From positions 1-24,524 of IMG/VR virus record IMGVR_UViG_3300020409_000075: a stretch of 24,524 nucleotides of DNA; one strand, 5' to 3'. Within the stretch, counting starts at the first letter, position 1; every line of letters starts with the position of its first letter. Positions 22,423 to 24,524 of this stretch are shown piece by piece. Under the pieces are notes generated by a model. The model made no database searches. It saw nothing but the letters and a program-made list of their open reading frames with translations, and had not been told where the DNA came from. This DNA comes from a virus. Its lineage: Duplodnaviria > Caudoviricetes. A program made the translations under genes and the position numbers.

Positions 22423-24524
22423 ATGGCTTTAGTTGTAAAAGATCGAATAAAAGAAACATCTAGCACTACCGGGACAGGCACACTAACTCTTGGTGGTGCT
22501 GTAGATGGATTTCGTACTTTTGCAGATGTAGGTAATGGTAATACAACTTACTACTGTATTGAAGATGGTAATAACTTTGAAGTGGGTATAGGTACATATA
22601 CTGCTAGTGGTACAACTTTATCTAGGGATACAGTATTACAAACTTCTGCAGGTAATACAACAAAGATAAATTGTTCAGGTAGTCAAAAGGTATTTGTAAC
22701 ACAACCTGCAGATAAAGCTGTGTTTGAAGATGCAAGTGGTAATGTAGCAACTAGTGGTAATATTACAGTCGACACAGGTTCTTCAGGACTTCCTGCAATA
22801 AATCTAAGTCACAGTAATGCAAATGCTGACAACTTTCAGATAACAGCAGGTACACCAGGAGTTGCTAATAGTGGTTTTACTATAAGAGATGTAGATGCTT
22901 CTGCAAATAGATTAGTTATAGATACATCTGGTAACTTTTTGGTAGCTAAAAATACTTCTGATGGTGCTAATACAGGTTTTGAAGCTAGAGCAACGGGTCA
23001 AGTAATGGCAACCATTGCTTCAGCAACTAATGAAGCTGTTACGTATATTACTCAAACTGGTGGTGGTGGCAATAATAATGTAGATCAAGGTTTAGTTGTT
23101 TCAGTTGAGGGTACAAATTTAGCTACAGGTTCAGGAAATATATTAAGATGTGCAGGAACAAATAGCACACATGGCGCACAAGCAAACGCATTTGTTGTTA
23201 AAAATAGTGGTAATGTCGGGATTGGTACAAATGCTCCTAGTGATAAACTTGTAGTCTATGGTGATGGAGCTAGAATGACTGTCAACTCTGATGACTACGA
23301 AGTTGCTATGCTTGGTCGCAGAGGATCGAGTGGTTCAGCGTTAGACAGAGGTTATCTAAGACTTAGAAAAGATGGAGTTACTAATGACGGAGTTGTAATT
23401 GATACTGATGGCAATAGTTGGTTCAATGGCGGTAATGTCGGAATTGGTACGACTAATCCTATTGGCGATTTGTCAATCGTTGATAGCAGTACAGGTTCTG
23501 GAATTGAAATCCAACCAGAAGTTACAACTGATACAAACAGAATTACAAATTACGACAGGGTTGAAAGTGCTTATAAAAAGTTTCGTTTAGATGCAAGTCA
23601 ACATGACTTTTACATTAGTGGTAGTCCTAAAGTAACTATTAATAGTAGCGGCACCGTGGGGATTGGTGATACTAATCCTCCTAGTAGTGTTAAACTAGCT
23701 ATACAAACAGACGGCATTGGACTTAGATTAGATGGTACTGCAAATACTACAAGAACAATATTTTTTAGAAATACAACAACTTCTAACCCAGCACAAATTT
23801 ATGCAGATGGTTCATTAAGACTTAGAACAGAGGATGCTAGTACTGCTATAATCTTTAATACAAACTCTTCTGGAACTGACAATGAAGCTATGAGAATAGA
23901 AAGTAATCAAAATACAGTTTTTAGAGGGGATATAATTGCAGACAAATATCTACGATTAAGAACTACAGACGATCAAGCTAATCAATGGTATGTATACACT
24001 CATACTGATGACACTTTTCGTATTAACTATAATGGTAGTGGGGCTGATGAATTAGTTATTGATGAGCAAGGTCGAGTTGCTGTAGGTGGTACAACTCCAA
24101 ATGTTGCTAGAGGTGGTTTTACAGATCTTGTAATTGGTCAGGGTCAGGAAACAGGTCAGGGATCAACACAACCACAGATAGAACTTTATCATAGTTCAGC
24201 ATCATGGGCAATTAATAATGATTCTACATTAAGTAATCAAATGGGATTTCACTATAACAATGGATCTAGTTGGTCACAACGATTGGCGTTAACACCAACT
24301 AATGCTGTCTTTGCAGGTGATATTACATATAGTGCTAATAGTCATATTTTATCAGCAAATAACTCAAGAAATTTTCAATTTGTTTCAGGTGGTTCTGGTA
24401 GTGATGTTGGAATATATTTAAAAGATTCAGGTAGTACTGCTTTTGTTCAGCTTTATGGTACAGCATCTCTCTATGGCTTCTTAGATGGAGCATGGGCTAA
24501 TTGGGATTTAAAGAAAGAACGAGG
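22423..24524 (+). CDS. Tail fibre protein, >700 aa, truncated by the window end (not in track)
   Basis: ATG 22423, frame open to the window end. N-terminus MALVVKDRIKETSSTTGTGTLTL and repeated GNVGIGT-type modules. Confidence 0.88.
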   Translation, partial: MALVVKDRIKETSSTTGTGTLTLGGAVDGFRTFADVGNGNTTYYCIEDGNNFEVGIGTYTASGTTLSRDTVLQTSAGNTTKINCSGSQKVFVTQPADKAVFEDASGNVATSGNITVDTGSSGLPAINLSHSNANADNFQITAGTPGVANSGFTIRDVDASANRLVIDTSGNFLVAKNTSDGANTGFEARATGQVMATIASATNEAVTYITQTGGGGNNNVDQGLVVSVEGTNLATGSGNILRCAGTNSTHGAQANAFVVKNSGNVGIGTNAPSDKLVVYGDGARMTVNSDDYEVAMLGRRGSSGSALDRGYLRLRKDGVTNDGVVIDTDGNSWFNGGNVGIGTTNPIGDLSIVDSSTGSGIEIQPEVTTDTNRITNYDRVESAYKKFRLDASQHDFYISGSPKVTINSSGTVGIGDTNPPSSVKLAIQTDGIGLRLDGTANTTRTIFFRNTTTSNPAQIYADGSLRLRTEDASTAIIFNTNSSGTDNEAMRIESNQNTVFRGDIIADKYLRLRTTDDQANQWYVYTHTDDTFRINYNGSGADELVIDEQGRVAVGGTTPNVARGGFTDLVIGQGQETGQGSTQPQIELYHSSASWAINNDSTLSNQMGFHYNNGSSWSQRLALTPTNAVFAGDITYSANSHILSANNSRNFQFVSGGSGSDVGIYLKDSGSTAFVQLYGTASLYGFLDGAWANWDLKKER

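Noticed and set aside
23399-23590. 63-aa plus-strand ORF in the track
   Set aside because: It is an out-of-frame ORF inside the continuous tail fibre frame starting at 22423.
1-24524. tRNA, rRNA, intron/intein or diversity-generating retroelement
   Set aside because: I saw no cloverleaf in the intergenic gaps and no reverse transcriptase or template/variable repeat pair. TerL, portal and MCP appear uninterrupted. This was checked by eye only.

Overview
AT-rich tailed dsDNA phage DNA, most like marine podoviruses of alphaproteobacteria. HMO-2011-type relatedness is my tentative recall and was not searched. Two divergent arms flank a ~700-bp non-coding hub (2909-3609). The left (minus) arm holds small early-type genes, including a GP88-like Cys-rich protein and a possible HTH protein. 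It has three clear sigma70 promoters, a UUCG terminator and four copies of a 22-bp palindromic operator-like site. The right (plus) arm runs through small basic and membrane proteins, several missed micro-ORFs, holin and M15 endolysin, TerS, an HNH-like protein, TerL, portal, a ~1800-aa ejection/polyvalent protein, a 534-aa virion protein, scaffold, major capsid, a decoration protein and a tail fibre that runs off the window. The most notable unexplained signals are: two tandem 23/27-aa CX2CX5CX5C micro-peptide genes; a CCATATGG-centred operator regulon beside a candidate HTH regulator; shared YAC/CC internal-loop RNA hairpins before the scaffold and capsid genes; and recurring peptide tags (AKGG; N-terminal MAxxDx[QE]M) across unrelated late proteins. 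All family names come from motif recognition only.
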